Shown here: piece after piece, positions 35,561 through 43,624 of the stretch
Layout: each line of letters opens with the position of its first letter
Numbering within the stretch: the stretch's first letter is position 1
Source: Candidatus Firestoneibacteriota bacterium
GTDB lineage: Bacteria > Oederibacteriota > D2-FULL-39-29 > CAIOVX01
Direction of reading: 5' to 3'
NCBI GenBank assembly: GCA_903894145.1
Contig: CAITPB010000255.1
Location: forward strand, 1 to 43,624
Length of the DNA stretch: 43,624 nt
Program-made: the position numbers and the translations under genes
The notes under the pieces: model-generated
Told to the model about the DNA's origin: nothing
Seen by the model: only the letters and a program-made list of their open reading frames with translations
Database searches by the model: none

Positions 35561-38341
35561 CTAGAACAGATGCCCGACACCAATATAGAATATTCCCTGC
35601 GAAGCCGTATCCGTCCTTCTGCCGAGGTCCAGCCGGAGCACCACAGGCGCGCTCATGAGAGGGAAAACGTGGACACGCAACCCGAATCCGACGCTGTTTT
35701 TTAAACTGCCCAGAGGAAAACTGCCATAGCCGTCCCAGACGGCGCCGGTGTCAGAAAACAGCCCGAGCGCGATCTTTTTCAGCAGCAGCCAATTTAACGG
35801 GGCAAAACCGTAATCAATATTATCTATCAGCGTTATCCTTGCTTCAATGTTCCAGAGGAAAATATTGTTTCCGAGCATATCATTTTTCGGATAACCTCTG
35901 AGGGTCAGAATACCTCCCAATCCATAATCTCCCCTTTCCGTGTCTGCCGAAACACCCGCAAAAAGCCTGTTGGCGAGCACAGTCTCCCTATTAACGCAAA
36001 TATAGTCCCTTCTTTCAAGGTCAAGTTCTGTGTATCTTTTCGCGCCGCCAAAAACATAGTCCCCGTGAATAAGCTGGGCGGCAAATGCGCTTCCTGCGCA
36101 GGGCTCAGTGACATTGTAAGAAATACGGTCCTCGGTCCAGGCAACCCCAACAGAGTTGACCGGCCGTTCATACTGGTCTCCGGGAACGCCGTCAAAATAA
36201 CTTCTTGTCTCAATGCCGGCGCTTATGAAGAATTCCAGCCGCCTAAATCTGTCCACCGGAAAATATAGCGGCAAAGTCAGCGCTGTATCCTCTATCCAGT
36301 AGCTCGCCGGATTTCCGTCTGAACCTGTCTCCCCGTAAAAATTACGCCAGGAAGAAAATATAAGCCCAAATCCTGGAATCCCGGAAGTATTCTGGTAGGC
36401 TGCTGTTATGCCTGTCTGCAGGCCGCTGACATCCAAGCCGTAAAGACTAATACTGTTCTCCCCGAGCAGGTCGCTCGCCTGGGTGATACCGCCGCCCATG
36501 AGCCCCGCCGAAGAGTCATAGCCCAGAAGGAAGAAGAGCACGTCCGGGGTGAGCGCGGGTTCATATTTCCGGGATATTAGATTGCCAAACTTCACTTCCG
36601 GAAGCTCTTCCGCAGGCGCCTTTGAATCCGGCGGAGCAACACTCTTTAGAAGGTTCTCTTCCGGGTATTTCATCTGATAAAGGTTGTAACAGCCCTGCTC
36701 ATAATATGAGAAAACCAGGTTCTTTGAAACAACAGAAAAATCAGGCGAGAAACACCCGCCTGAAACCGAGGTAACCTGCAAGAACGATCCCGCTTCCGGG
36801 TTAAAGATATAAAGATCAAAGATGCCGTTCATGTCGCTTGAACAGAGAAACTTCCCTCCCGGCACAACACAAGGATTTATAGTGTCAAAAGATGCCGGTG
36901 TCAGAACCTTCTCAGACTTCTTCCCTGTCAGCAGCCCGGAGAGCCTGACAAGCACCCTTTTGCCGCCCCGTCTTGACACATAAACGACGGAATCTCCGCC
37001 GTCCAGCGGGGCCGGATCTGCGTCATCGTAGCGGTCATCAGTCAGCTGCTCCAACCCGCTCCCGTCTATCCGGGATGAATAAAGGTCTGATGTTCCCCTT
37101 GCTTCCCCTGCGAAGATGATTCTGTCCCCGGAAAAGGCAGGTGAATATACCGCGTCAAGCCCGCAGTCAAAAGAGGCTATTGGGCTTCCGCCGGCAGTTG
37201 AAAATATGCGAAGCATCTGCTTGCCGGCTATTTTCCCTGCAAACGCCAGGTGCTTCCCGTCCGGCGACACGGCAAGGCCCCCACCCGCGCCCGCGATGCT
37301 GTCGAAATCATACCCAATTAGCTCATAATCACTTCTGGTCTTAAGCTCTCTGCACCTTATGCTTTGATAATTGTTCCTGTCTGAAATATAAAAAAGCTTC
37401 CCGCCGTCAGGGGAGAACACCGCGCCTGTATTATGCACCTGCATCTGCTTTGTATCAGCGGTCACGGGAGAAGCAAAATCACCGGCGCGTTTCCTTCCAA
37501 CCGCCTGAGCCCAGTACTTGTCCTTGAGCCAATACTGCCATTTGGTATTCAACTCGTCTTGGGTAACGCCTGTCGCGTTAAAAAGCGCCTGGTCGCACGT
37601 CATGGATAAAATGTAAAACTCGCGCATTATTGCGCCTATCTTATCTTCTCCGTACTTTTCTGCGATAAAGTCAAAGAAAGACTTCGATTCCTTGTACATC
37701 TCCACTACATTCCTGCCGTCTGAATAAGAAAAACCTCCGAGCATATCCACCGGATGGGTCATATTGTTGGTTACCGCGTCGCGCAGAAGCATGTCGGTGA
37801 CAGATTTGTCCTCGTCAAAGGGCTCGTGGTCCGCCATTCCTTCCATGAACCACTGAGGCAGCAGCACAGACCTTACAAGTTTGTAGGATTTGCCGAAACC
37901 GCTGTAAAGGATCTCAAACTGAAACCTGTGAGTCAGCTCGTGCTCGATGACATGGGCAAAATAATCGCGGTTCGTAAAGACCGGAAGCACCACCCTGTCT
38001 TTGAGCGGCTCCGTAAAACCGCCGACTCCTTCGGTGATAATCTCGGAAGTAATGTTCGTCTGTTCAAAATCTATCCTGTTGCGGTAAATGAACAACTTTA
38101 TTTTTTCTTCGGGAATGACTTTGAATCTTTTGGAGAGCCTTGTATAGGCGCCTTCAGCTATAAGCGCCGCTTCCCTTGCCGGAGATTCGGAACCAATGGT
38201 GTAATAGACGAGAAAATTATTTGTTTCCAGCACCTGCCATTCCAGTTTCCTGTAGACAACTTTGTTTTTTCCAAAAGAGAAAGCAATAACCGGGAGCGCG
38301 AGCAGAAAAACCGCGAGGAAGAGCAGAATATTTTTTTTCAA
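35561..38341 (-). CDS. Omp85/BamA-TamA family outer-membrane protein with N-terminal gluzincin metallopeptidase and PD40 beta-propeller
   Basis: TTG 38341 (after GGGGG) gives a signal peptide; FGKNKV, GGFTE, HELTH + PQWFMEGMA, FSPDG/VSPDG repeats, LRGYP barrel motif, terminal Phe. Confidence 0.85.
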   Translation of the reverse strand: MKKNILLFLAVFLLALPVIAFSFGKNKVVYRKLEWQVLETNNFLVYYTIGSESPAREAALIAEGAYTRLSKRFKVIPEEKIKLFIYRNRIDFEQTNITSEIITEGVGGFTEPLKDRVVLPVFTNRDYFAHVIEHELTHRFQFEILYSGFGKSYKLVRSVLLPQWFMEGMADHEPFDEDKSVTDMLLRDAVTNNMTHPVDMLGGFSYSDGRNVVEMYKESKSFFDFIAEKYGEDKIGAIMREFYILSMTCDQALFNATGVTQDELNTKWQYWLKDKYWAQAVGRKRAGDFASPVTADTKQMQVHNTGAVFSPDGGKLFYISDRNNYQSIRCRELKTRSDYELIGYDFDSIAGAGGGLAVSPDGKHLAFAGKIAGKQMLRIFSTAGGSPIASFDCGLDAVYSPAFSGDRIIFAGEARGTSDLYSSRIDGSGLEQLTDDRYDDADPAPLDGGDSVVYVSRRGGKRVLVRLSGLLTGKKSEKVLTPASFDTINPCVVPGGKFLCSSDMNGIFDLYIFNPEAGSFLQVTSVSGGCFSPDFSVVSKNLVFSYYEQGCYNLYQMKYPEENLLKSVAPPDSKAPAEELPEVKFGNLISRKYEPALTPDVLFFLLGYDSSAGLMGGGITQASDLLGENSISLYGLDVSGLQTGITAAYQNTSGIPGFGLIFSSWRNFYGETGSDGNPASYWIEDTALTLPLYFPVDRFRRLEFFISAGIETRSYFDGVPGDQYERPVNSVGVAWTEDRISYNVTEPCAGSAFAAQLIHGDYVFGGAKRYTELDLERRDYICVNRETVLANRLFAGVSADTERGDYGLGGILTLRGYPKNDMLGNNIFLWNIEARITLIDNIDYGFAPLNWLLLKKIALGLFSDTGAVWDGYGSFPLGSLKNSVGFGLRVHVFPLMSAPVVLRLDLGRRTDTASQGIFYIGVGHLF

Positions 38342-38351
38342 GCAACCCCCG

Positions 38352-38582
38352 TCAATGCCCGCATGCAGAGCAATGTTTTTTTTTGCAGGAGCCCCCGCAA
38401 TCGCAGGAGTGGCCGGAGGAACCGGAGAATACAGTTCCGGACTTGAAACCAAACACAGACATTTTTTTCTTCGCTTTGGAAGCGCCGCAGGCCGGACACC
38501 TCACCTTGGAAAGAGAATTCCCAAAGACCAGGTCCTCAAAATCAACGCCGCATTTTCCGCAATTGAATTCGAATAGCGGCAT
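38352..38582 (-). CDS. FmdB family zinc-ribbon protein
   Basis: MPLFEFNCGKCG..FE...CPACG...S.F; Cys-rich tail. Confidence 0.9.
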   Translation of the reverse strand: MPLFEFNCGKCGVDFEDLVFGNSLSKVRCPACGASKAKKKMSVFGFKSGTVFSGSSGHSCDCGGSCKKKHCSACGH

Positions 38583-38583
38583 G

Positions 38584-39567
38584 TCACTTACCGTACATGT
38601 AGCTCAAACCGTTCCCATGGAATATGCCGCGGAAACGTTCTTCGGCCGAATTATCGCCGAAGACCCTTTCCAGCAAGGACATTTCTTTCCGCGGTGTAAT
38701 AACTACCGGTTCCCCGCTGATGCCGCAGGCCTTTGCGGCCCAGTTAACGGCGTCTTCTTGGGTGCCCAGTTCGTCCACAAAACCGTACTGGAACGCCTGG
38801 CTGCCGGAGAAGATCCTGCCGTCGGCGTGCTTTTTAATCTCCGCGACTATCTGCTCCTTAGTTACGGCATCCTTGGAAACCGGAGTGCCCGTCTTTTTTA
38901 TCTTAGCCGCAAAAACCGCTCCCCTTCCTTCTGCTACGGCGTCCACGAACTGGGCGTAGACATCGTCTATCACGCCCTGCAGCAGCTGCCTTTCTTCTGT
39001 GGTCATCTTGCGCATAGAGGAACCGGTATCCTTGAACTTTCCGCTCTTTATAACTTCTTCTTTAACCCCAACCTTGTTCAGGAGTTCTTCGAGGTTCAGG
39101 TTCTCCATGATAACTCCTATGCTTCCCGTAAGCGTTCCCGGGTTTGAAAATATTCTGTCGCCGTAACAGCCTATATAATAGCCGCCTGACGCAGCCAGGG
39201 TCCCGAAAGAAACAACGACTTTTTTGTTATAGCCGTCTTTCTTTTTTACCTTCTTCAATTCCGCGACAATCTCCTGGCAGGCAGAAACCCCGCCTCCCGG
39301 AGAATCAATGCGCAGCACTATTCCCTTGATGCTCTGGTCCTTGCCGTATTTCTCGAGGATGTCAATTATCTTTGCCGAATAAAAGATAGGGCCTGATATT
39401 GTGACTAGAGCAAGTTTGTTGCCGGAGAAATTCCCGGTGAGTTTATGCGCGCTAATCGTCTGGCTGTCGCCGGCCGCGCCAATCAACGCCCTTAGAGAGA
39501 GAAAAACAACTAAAAGACAGGCAAAAACCAAAGCGGCCCTTATTATTGGTTTCCTGCTCTTTTCCAT
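38584..39567 (-). CDS. sppA: Signal peptide peptidase SppA (36K type)
   Basis: RIDSPGG, AASGGYYI, TGSIGV, KSGKFKD, FVDAVAEGR, ADGRIFSG. Confidence 0.95.
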   Translation of the reverse strand: MEKSRKPIIRAALVFACLLVVFLSLRALIGAAGDSQTISAHKLTGNFSGNKLALVTISGPIFYSAKIIDILEKYGKDQSIKGIVLRIDSPGGGVSACQEIVAELKKVKKKDGYNKKVVVSFGTLAASGGYYIGCYGDRIFSNPGTLTGSIGVIMENLNLEELLNKVGVKEEVIKSGKFKDTGSSMRKMTTEERQLLQGVIDDVYAQFVDAVAEGRGAVFAAKIKKTGTPVSKDAVTKEQIVAEIKKHADGRIFSGSQAFQYGFVDELGTQEDAVNWAAKACGISGEPVVITPRKEMSLLERVFGDNSAEERFRGIFHGNGLSYMYGK

Positions 39568-39586
39568 TTACGCCTCCGCTCCCGTC

Positions 39587-41266
39587 TTATGTTTTCTTTA
39601 GAATGTCGCCAAATGTTGACCTGCCGCCGGCTTCATCCTGATATTTTTTCATTTCGCTTTTATCCGCTTCATAGAGCGCCTCTTTGACGCTCAGGCTTAT
39701 CTTTCTACCTTCGAGGTCCAGCTTTATGACCTTTACTCGTTTATCCTCTCCCGGTTTCACGGCCGACTCGGCGGTCTCCACCGGCTCTGCGGCCAGTTCC
39801 GAGATATGAATAAAACCGTCCAGCCCCGCCTCAAGCTCCGCGAAAGCGCCGAAAGACACTACCCTGACAATCCTGCAATTAACTATAGTTCCTGCGGAGT
39901 ATTTTGACGGAATCTCTCCCAGCCAGGGATCGGCGGTGAGCTGTTTAATGCCGAGATGCACTTTTCTGTTTGCCTTATCAAGGTTCAAAACAACGGCCTC
40001 AAGCTTTTCCCCTTTACGGAAAAGCCCCTTGAGTTCATTTATGCGTTTTGTCCAGTAAATATCTTTCTTATGCAATACACCTTCTGCCCCGCCCTCCAGT
40101 TCCAGAAAAAAAGAGGAAACAGAGTATCCCGTCACTATTCCGGTTATTTTCGCTCCGGGAATAAATCGCTCCTCCGCGCCTGCAAAAGGGTCGGACTCAA
40201 GCTGTTTGAGCCCGAAGAGTATCTTTCTGTTGTTCTTATCAATGTTCAGGACTTTTACAGTGATGCTGTCGCCGATGGCTACAAGTTCCGAGGGATTCTT
40301 GACTTTCCTGGTCCAGGAAAGATCTGATACATGCAGGAGTCCTTCTATGCCTTCCTCTAGTTTGATAAAGGCTCCGTAATCAACGATGTTCACAATTCTG
40401 CCGTGTATCTCGGAACCGATAGGATATTTTTGTTCAATGGTTAACCAGGGATCCTCCTGCAGCTGCTTTAACCCGAAGGAGACCCTGTTCTTTTCACGGT
40501 CTATCCTCACCACCTTGACATCAACCTCGCTGTCAAGCGCGAGCAGTTCAGCCGGATGGTTAACTTTGCCCCAGGACATATCGGATATATGGAGCAGTCC
40601 GGTAACGCCGCCTATGTCGATAAAAGCGCCATAGGATGTAATGCTCTTAACAACGCCCTTCCTGATTTCGCCTTCGGCAAGCGAAGCCCAGATTTCCTGC
40701 TTTATACGGCGGCTTTTATCCTGCACCGCAAGTTTATGAGAAACTACTATCTCCCCGCGGTTTCTTCCGAACTTAATAATTTTGAAAAGGAGTTTCTTTT
40801 GGGAAGTCCCGGCGTTATCTTCCGGAAGATACTGGGACTGCGGAAGGAAAGCTTCGGCCCCTATGTCGGCCATGAAACCGCCTTTGACTTCCTGGACGAT
40901 TCTGCCTTCTACAAACTCGCGTTCCCTGAAAGCCTTTTCAATCACTGATAAGTAGTTGATCCTGTCTGCCCTGAGTTTTGAAAGTATTACGGTCCCGCTC
41001 CCGTCCCTGAACCTGTCAACAACCGCATCAACGACATCGCCGGGTTTAGCGGATAGGCTGCCGTCAGGCAGGAGGAATTCATTAACAGGGATAAGACCGT
41101 CAGATTTGTAACCGACATCTACTATTACGTGTTCTTTGCCTATCTGGAGGATTTTCGCTTTGACCTGCTTCCCTTCTTCAAGTTCCGCGAAGGATGAAGC
41201 CAGCATATCACCCATGGTTAAATTGTCTTCTGTCCCGCCGTTATTGATAATCTCTTCGTTTGACAT
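39587..41266 (-). CDS. rpsA: 30S ribosomal protein S1 (six S1 domains)
   Basis: VDVGYKSDG, AFLPQSQ, YGAFID..GLLHISDMSW, GLLHVSDLSW, repeated GLKQL..DPW; 559 aa. Confidence 0.96.
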   Translation of the reverse strand: MSNEEIINNGGTEDNLTMGDMLASSFAELEEGKQVKAKILQIGKEHVIVDVGYKSDGLIPVNEFLLPDGSLSAKPGDVVDAVVDRFRDGSGTVILSKLRADRINYLSVIEKAFREREFVEGRIVQEVKGGFMADIGAEAFLPQSQYLPEDNAGTSQKKLLFKIIKFGRNRGEIVVSHKLAVQDKSRRIKQEIWASLAEGEIRKGVVKSITSYGAFIDIGGVTGLLHISDMSWGKVNHPAELLALDSEVDVKVVRIDREKNRVSFGLKQLQEDPWLTIEQKYPIGSEIHGRIVNIVDYGAFIKLEEGIEGLLHVSDLSWTRKVKNPSELVAIGDSITVKVLNIDKNNRKILFGLKQLESDPFAGAEERFIPGAKITGIVTGYSVSSFFLELEGGAEGVLHKKDIYWTKRINELKGLFRKGEKLEAVVLNLDKANRKVHLGIKQLTADPWLGEIPSKYSAGTIVNCRIVRVVSFGAFAELEAGLDGFIHISELAAEPVETAESAVKPGEDKRVKVIKLDLEGRKISLSVKEALYEADKSEMKKYQDEAGGRSTFGDILKKT

Positions 41267-41323
41267 GGAAACTCTCCGTTGAACGGTAGCATGGCGCTCG
41301 GTTTGCGGCAGGAACAGGAAGGG

Positions 41324-42157
41324 CTAGAGTTTTTTAATTCTTTCCGCGACTTCTTTGATAATCCAGTCCGGAGTGGAAGCTCCGGCCGTGACGCCGGCCG
41401 TCTTTTTACCCCGGAACCAGGCAGTTTGTAATTCAGACGCGGCCTCTATGTGCCTGGTCTCTACACCCGTTGTCTCGCAAACTTCTGCCAAATGCTTAGT
41501 ATTGGCGCTGTTTTTCCCGCCTACCACAATCATTATATCAACTTCGCCCGCCAACTTCAAGGCGGAATCCTGGCGCTCATGAGTTGCGTTGCATATGGTA
41601 TTTAGTATTCTGAATTCCCTGGCTTTTCCGCTTAGCACTTTCATAATTGCTGAAAAATTGCCGTTAGACTGAGTTGTCTGAACAACTATTCCCATTTTCT
41701 TTACCGGATGCACCTTTTCCGCCTCGGCAGGGGTTCCCACAACAATAGCGACCTTTCCCGCATAGCCCTTAATGCCGATCACCTCAGGGTGGTCTGCTTC
41801 CCCTATTATTATAGGTGTATAGCCGTCGCGGGACAACTGCCTGACATATTCCTGCGGTTTTTTGACGAAAGGGCAAGTAGCGTCTATAATTCTCAGTTTC
41901 TTTAACTTAAACTGCCGCTCAACTTCAGGAGGAACACCGTGAGTCCTGATTATGATAGTACTGCCTTCTTTAACATTTTTCAGATTTTCAACAGCCTTTA
42001 TCCCTTTCAGGTCAAAATCTTTCACCACCTGCGGATTATGAATAATAGGGCCATAGGTATATACGCTGCCGGATATGCTGTTTGCTTTCAGAGCTGTATT
42101 TATTGCCCTTTTTACTCCGAAACAGAACCCCGCGTCTTTAGAAAGTTTTACTCTCAC
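41324..42157 (-). CDS. ispH: 4-hydroxy-3-methylbut-2-enyl diphosphate reductase
   Basis: GFCFGV, IIHN, THG, DATCPFV, HPEV, QTT, TICNAT..RQ, SANT, TAGASTP. Confidence 0.97.
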   Translation of the reverse strand: MRVKLSKDAGFCFGVKRAINTALKANSISGSVYTYGPIIHNPQVVKDFDLKGIKAVENLKNVKEGSTIIIRTHGVPPEVERQFKLKKLRIIDATCPFVKKPQEYVRQLSRDGYTPIIIGEADHPEVIGIKGYAGKVAIVVGTPAEAEKVHPVKKMGIVVQTTQSNGNFSAIMKVLSGKAREFRILNTICNATHERQDSALKLAGEVDIMIVVGGKNSANTKHLAEVCETTGVETRHIEAASELQTAWFRGKKTAGVTAGASTPDWIIKEVAERIKKL

Positions 42158-42786
42158 CGCGCCTCCACGAACTTCTTTATTCCCGCTATCCTATCCATAA
42201 CCCTGTCTACTGACAGCTGGTATGTCTGCTTTTCGTCCGGCAGCGCGTAGATATCGGAAAGATCTACAGCCGGCCCGAAGTTTACACTCATTTTCGTAAG
42301 AAGCTTGGGAATATTTTTTCCTTTGGGGAGTGCATCGGCGCTTCCTTGGATATAACAGGGGATAACGGCGGCGCGCGATTCATACATAAGCATGCCGACA
42401 CCGGCTTTTCCTCTCTGTAATGTCCCGTCCGGACTCCTTGTCCCCTCCGGGAAAGCAATTACGGCCCCGCCTTTGTTCAAGACCTGTTTCACCTTTTCAT
42501 AACCTCCGCGGAATCCTGTCCCGCGGTTTAAGGGTATCGCGTGGATGGACCGCAGCAGCGCGCCGGCAAGCGGATTCTTGAAAAGCGTATCCCTGGCCAT
42601 ATACCAGGTCGGCCTGGACCAGATAGAAAGACCAACGGCAGGAGGATCAAACATGCTCGCGTGATTGGAAAGTATCAACAGGCTGCCTTTCTTCGGAACG
42701 TTCTCCAACCCGGTCACGGAAAAACGGAAAAATGTCCTGTAAAACATTGCACTGACAAACCTTCCGATGTTGAACATGGTGTTCAT
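42154..42786 (-). CDS. plsC: 1-acyl-sn-glycerol-3-phosphate acyltransferase
   Basis: NHASMFD (HX4D) and FPEGTRS; start at ATG 42786. Confidence 0.92.
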   Translation of the reverse strand: MNTMFNIGRFVSAMFYRTFFRFSVTGLENVPKKGSLLILSNHASMFDPPAVGLSIWSRPTWYMARDTLFKNPLAGALLRSIHAIPLNRGTGFRGGYEKVKQVLNKGGAVIAFPEGTRSPDGTLQRGKAGVGMLMYESRAAVIPCYIQGSADALPKGKNIPKLLTKMSVNFGPAVDLSDIYALPDEKQTYQLSVDRVMDRIAGIKKFVEAR

Positions 42787-42792
42787 ATGAAA

Positions 42793-42821
42793 ATAATACA
42801 ATAAGGCGGGGAGGAATACAA
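42793..42821 (-). promoter_or_regulatory. Sigma70-type promoter directly before plsC; leaderless start
   Basis: TTGTAT-N17-TATTAT-N6-ATG; no SD. Confidence 0.7.
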
Positions 42822-42839
42822 TAACAATGCTGTCTTAAA

Positions 42840-42885
42840 AGTTTATAAGGTTCGTAAAGTTCATAAGGTTTGTAAGGTAAGAGCA
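42840..42885. repeat. Solo 9-nt periodic arm (copy B3)
   Basis: agtttataa ggttcgtaa agttcataa ggtttgtaa ggtaagagca matches the arm of B1/B2 including the inner (c/g)gtaa..agca junction; no partner arm nearby. Confidence 0.75.
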
Positions 42886-42890
42886 GAACA

Positions 42891-42920
42891 CAAAAAAGGG
42901 CCGCGGAAACCGCGGCCCTC
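42891..42920 (-). terminator. Rho-independent terminator
   Basis: AGGGCCGCGG-TTT-CCGCGGCCCT followed by TTTTT. Confidence 0.9.
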
Positions 42921-42939
42921 GTGTTTGAGAAATACTATT

Positions 42940-43542
42940 TTACTCTGCTTTCTTTTCTTTTTTCGCGTCCGGCTTTGCAGCCTTCTCATCTCCGCCGCCG
43001 TTGAGTTTCTCAAGATCATCCGCCCCAAGAAGCTGAACATTGCCTATGAAAAGAGGTCCTGTAAGTTTCCCGTTTATATTCCACTGTTTCAATTTCTTCT
43101 TCCAGTCTATCGCCGCGCCGTTATTGGCGCAGGCACCGGTAAGTTCAATCTCTATGGCATGCTTGCCGGGAGCAAACATAAGCGGCTGGTCAAACCTGCT
43201 CTGATAATCGCTTCCTTCAGGTTTTACAGTCAAAATAAGTCCCATCGGGGTTTTACCCGGGTTAACATACTCAAACCTTAAGAAATCAAAACCGTCCCAC
43301 ACGCCTTTTTTCGGCTGGTATTCTCCAAAGAACATATCTCCCGTAGGATAGGTTGCTGATTCGACTTTAAGGCTGACCCCGCCCTTGGTGAAAGCAGTCT
43401 CTTCGGAAAGATTTATGGTTATCGCGCCGCCCGTGTCATTCGGGAGTTCGCCTTTTTCAACATTCATTACATTCGCTTTTTTCGCAAAAGCCAAACCTGA
43501 AATCAGCAATATCGCCGCAAGAAAAACCATCATCTTTCTCAT
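42940..43542 (-). CDS. Secreted hypothetical protein, CBM/galactose-binding-like jelly roll, with a Lys-rich tail
   Basis: Signal peptide (AFA); 'GVSLKVE', 'WDGFDFLRFEYVNP' and 'LFIGNVQL' patterns resemble CBM-like domains; AGGAGG RBS. Confidence 0.55.
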   Translation of the reverse strand: MRKMMVFLAAILLISGLAFAKKANVMNVEKGELPNDTGGAITINLSEETAFTKGGVSLKVESATYPTGDMFFGEYQPKKGVWDGFDFLRFEYVNPGKTPMGLILTVKPEGSDYQSRFDQPLMFAPGKHAIEIELTGACANNGAAIDWKKKLKQWNINGKLTGPLFIGNVQLLGADDLEKLNGGGDEKAAKPDAKKEKKAE

Positions 43543-43584
43543 ACTGCCTCCTGTTTTAAATCATGACATTTAGGTAGAAACTAT

Positions 43585-43617
43585 TAACATGTTATACCAG
43601 TTCATTATACATTTCAA
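43585..43617 (-). promoter_or_regulatory. Sigma70-type promoter with a palindrome over the -10
   Basis: TTGAAA-N17-TAACAT; the perfect palindrome TAACATGTTA occupies 43585-43594. Confidence 0.5.
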
Positions 43618-43624
43618 CACCTTT

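Noticed and set aside
38342-38452. Longest-ORF start of the Omp85 fusion (also the extended starts of degP 9742, lepB 11966, ligA 16593, EndoQ 20733, trxA 22432, plsC 42801)
   Set aside because: The extensions overlap upstream genes or promoters; downstream starts fit the RBS, promoter and signal-peptide evidence better.
41267-41323. rpsA leader as an autoregulatory RNA or tRNA fragment
   Set aside because: Only 57 nt, with an ordinary GGAG SD and no cloverleaf or convincing conserved structure.
42787-42940. Missing cmk upstream of plsC-ispH-rpsA as a pseudogene remnant
   Set aside because: No cmk-like residue pattern is visible; the gap is explained by the promoter, solo repeat arm and terminator.

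Overview
This 43.6-kb window is chromosomal core genome from a diderm bacterium. Evidence for two membranes: six-domain S1, a PorV/FadL-like barrel, an Omp85 barrel and lipoproteins. The gene repertoire suggests an uncultured candidate lineage, but that is low-confidence inference. All ~40 credible genes lie on the minus strand. In transcription order (right to left): CBM-like secreted protein, plsC-ispH-rpsA-sppA-FmdB-(metalloprotease/PD40/Omp85 fusion)-nadD-yqeK-LCP-rsfS-argS-DUF401-UroD-family-PfpI-DSD1-DUF3467-birA-coaX-nfeD-SPFH-lipoprotein-trxA-DUF1015-EndoQ-like-DUF4912-GH57, ligA, PorV-like, ECF sigma/anti-sigma 1-DUF2752, lepB-ECF sigma/anti-sigma 2-degP, a GH74-like lipoprotein, and T2SS gspEFGHIJK (gspK runs off the left edge). 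I saw no rRNA, tRNA, CRISPR array or transposase. The most unusual signal is non-coding: ORF-less intergenic hairpin cassettes whose arms are degenerate 7-nt or 9-nt tandem repeats. Some are nested, and three fill the space between a stop codon and the next ribosome-binding site. Other notable points are an ECF promoter cascade, probable leaderless genes, and active-site substitutions in EndoQ, ArgRS and CoaX.
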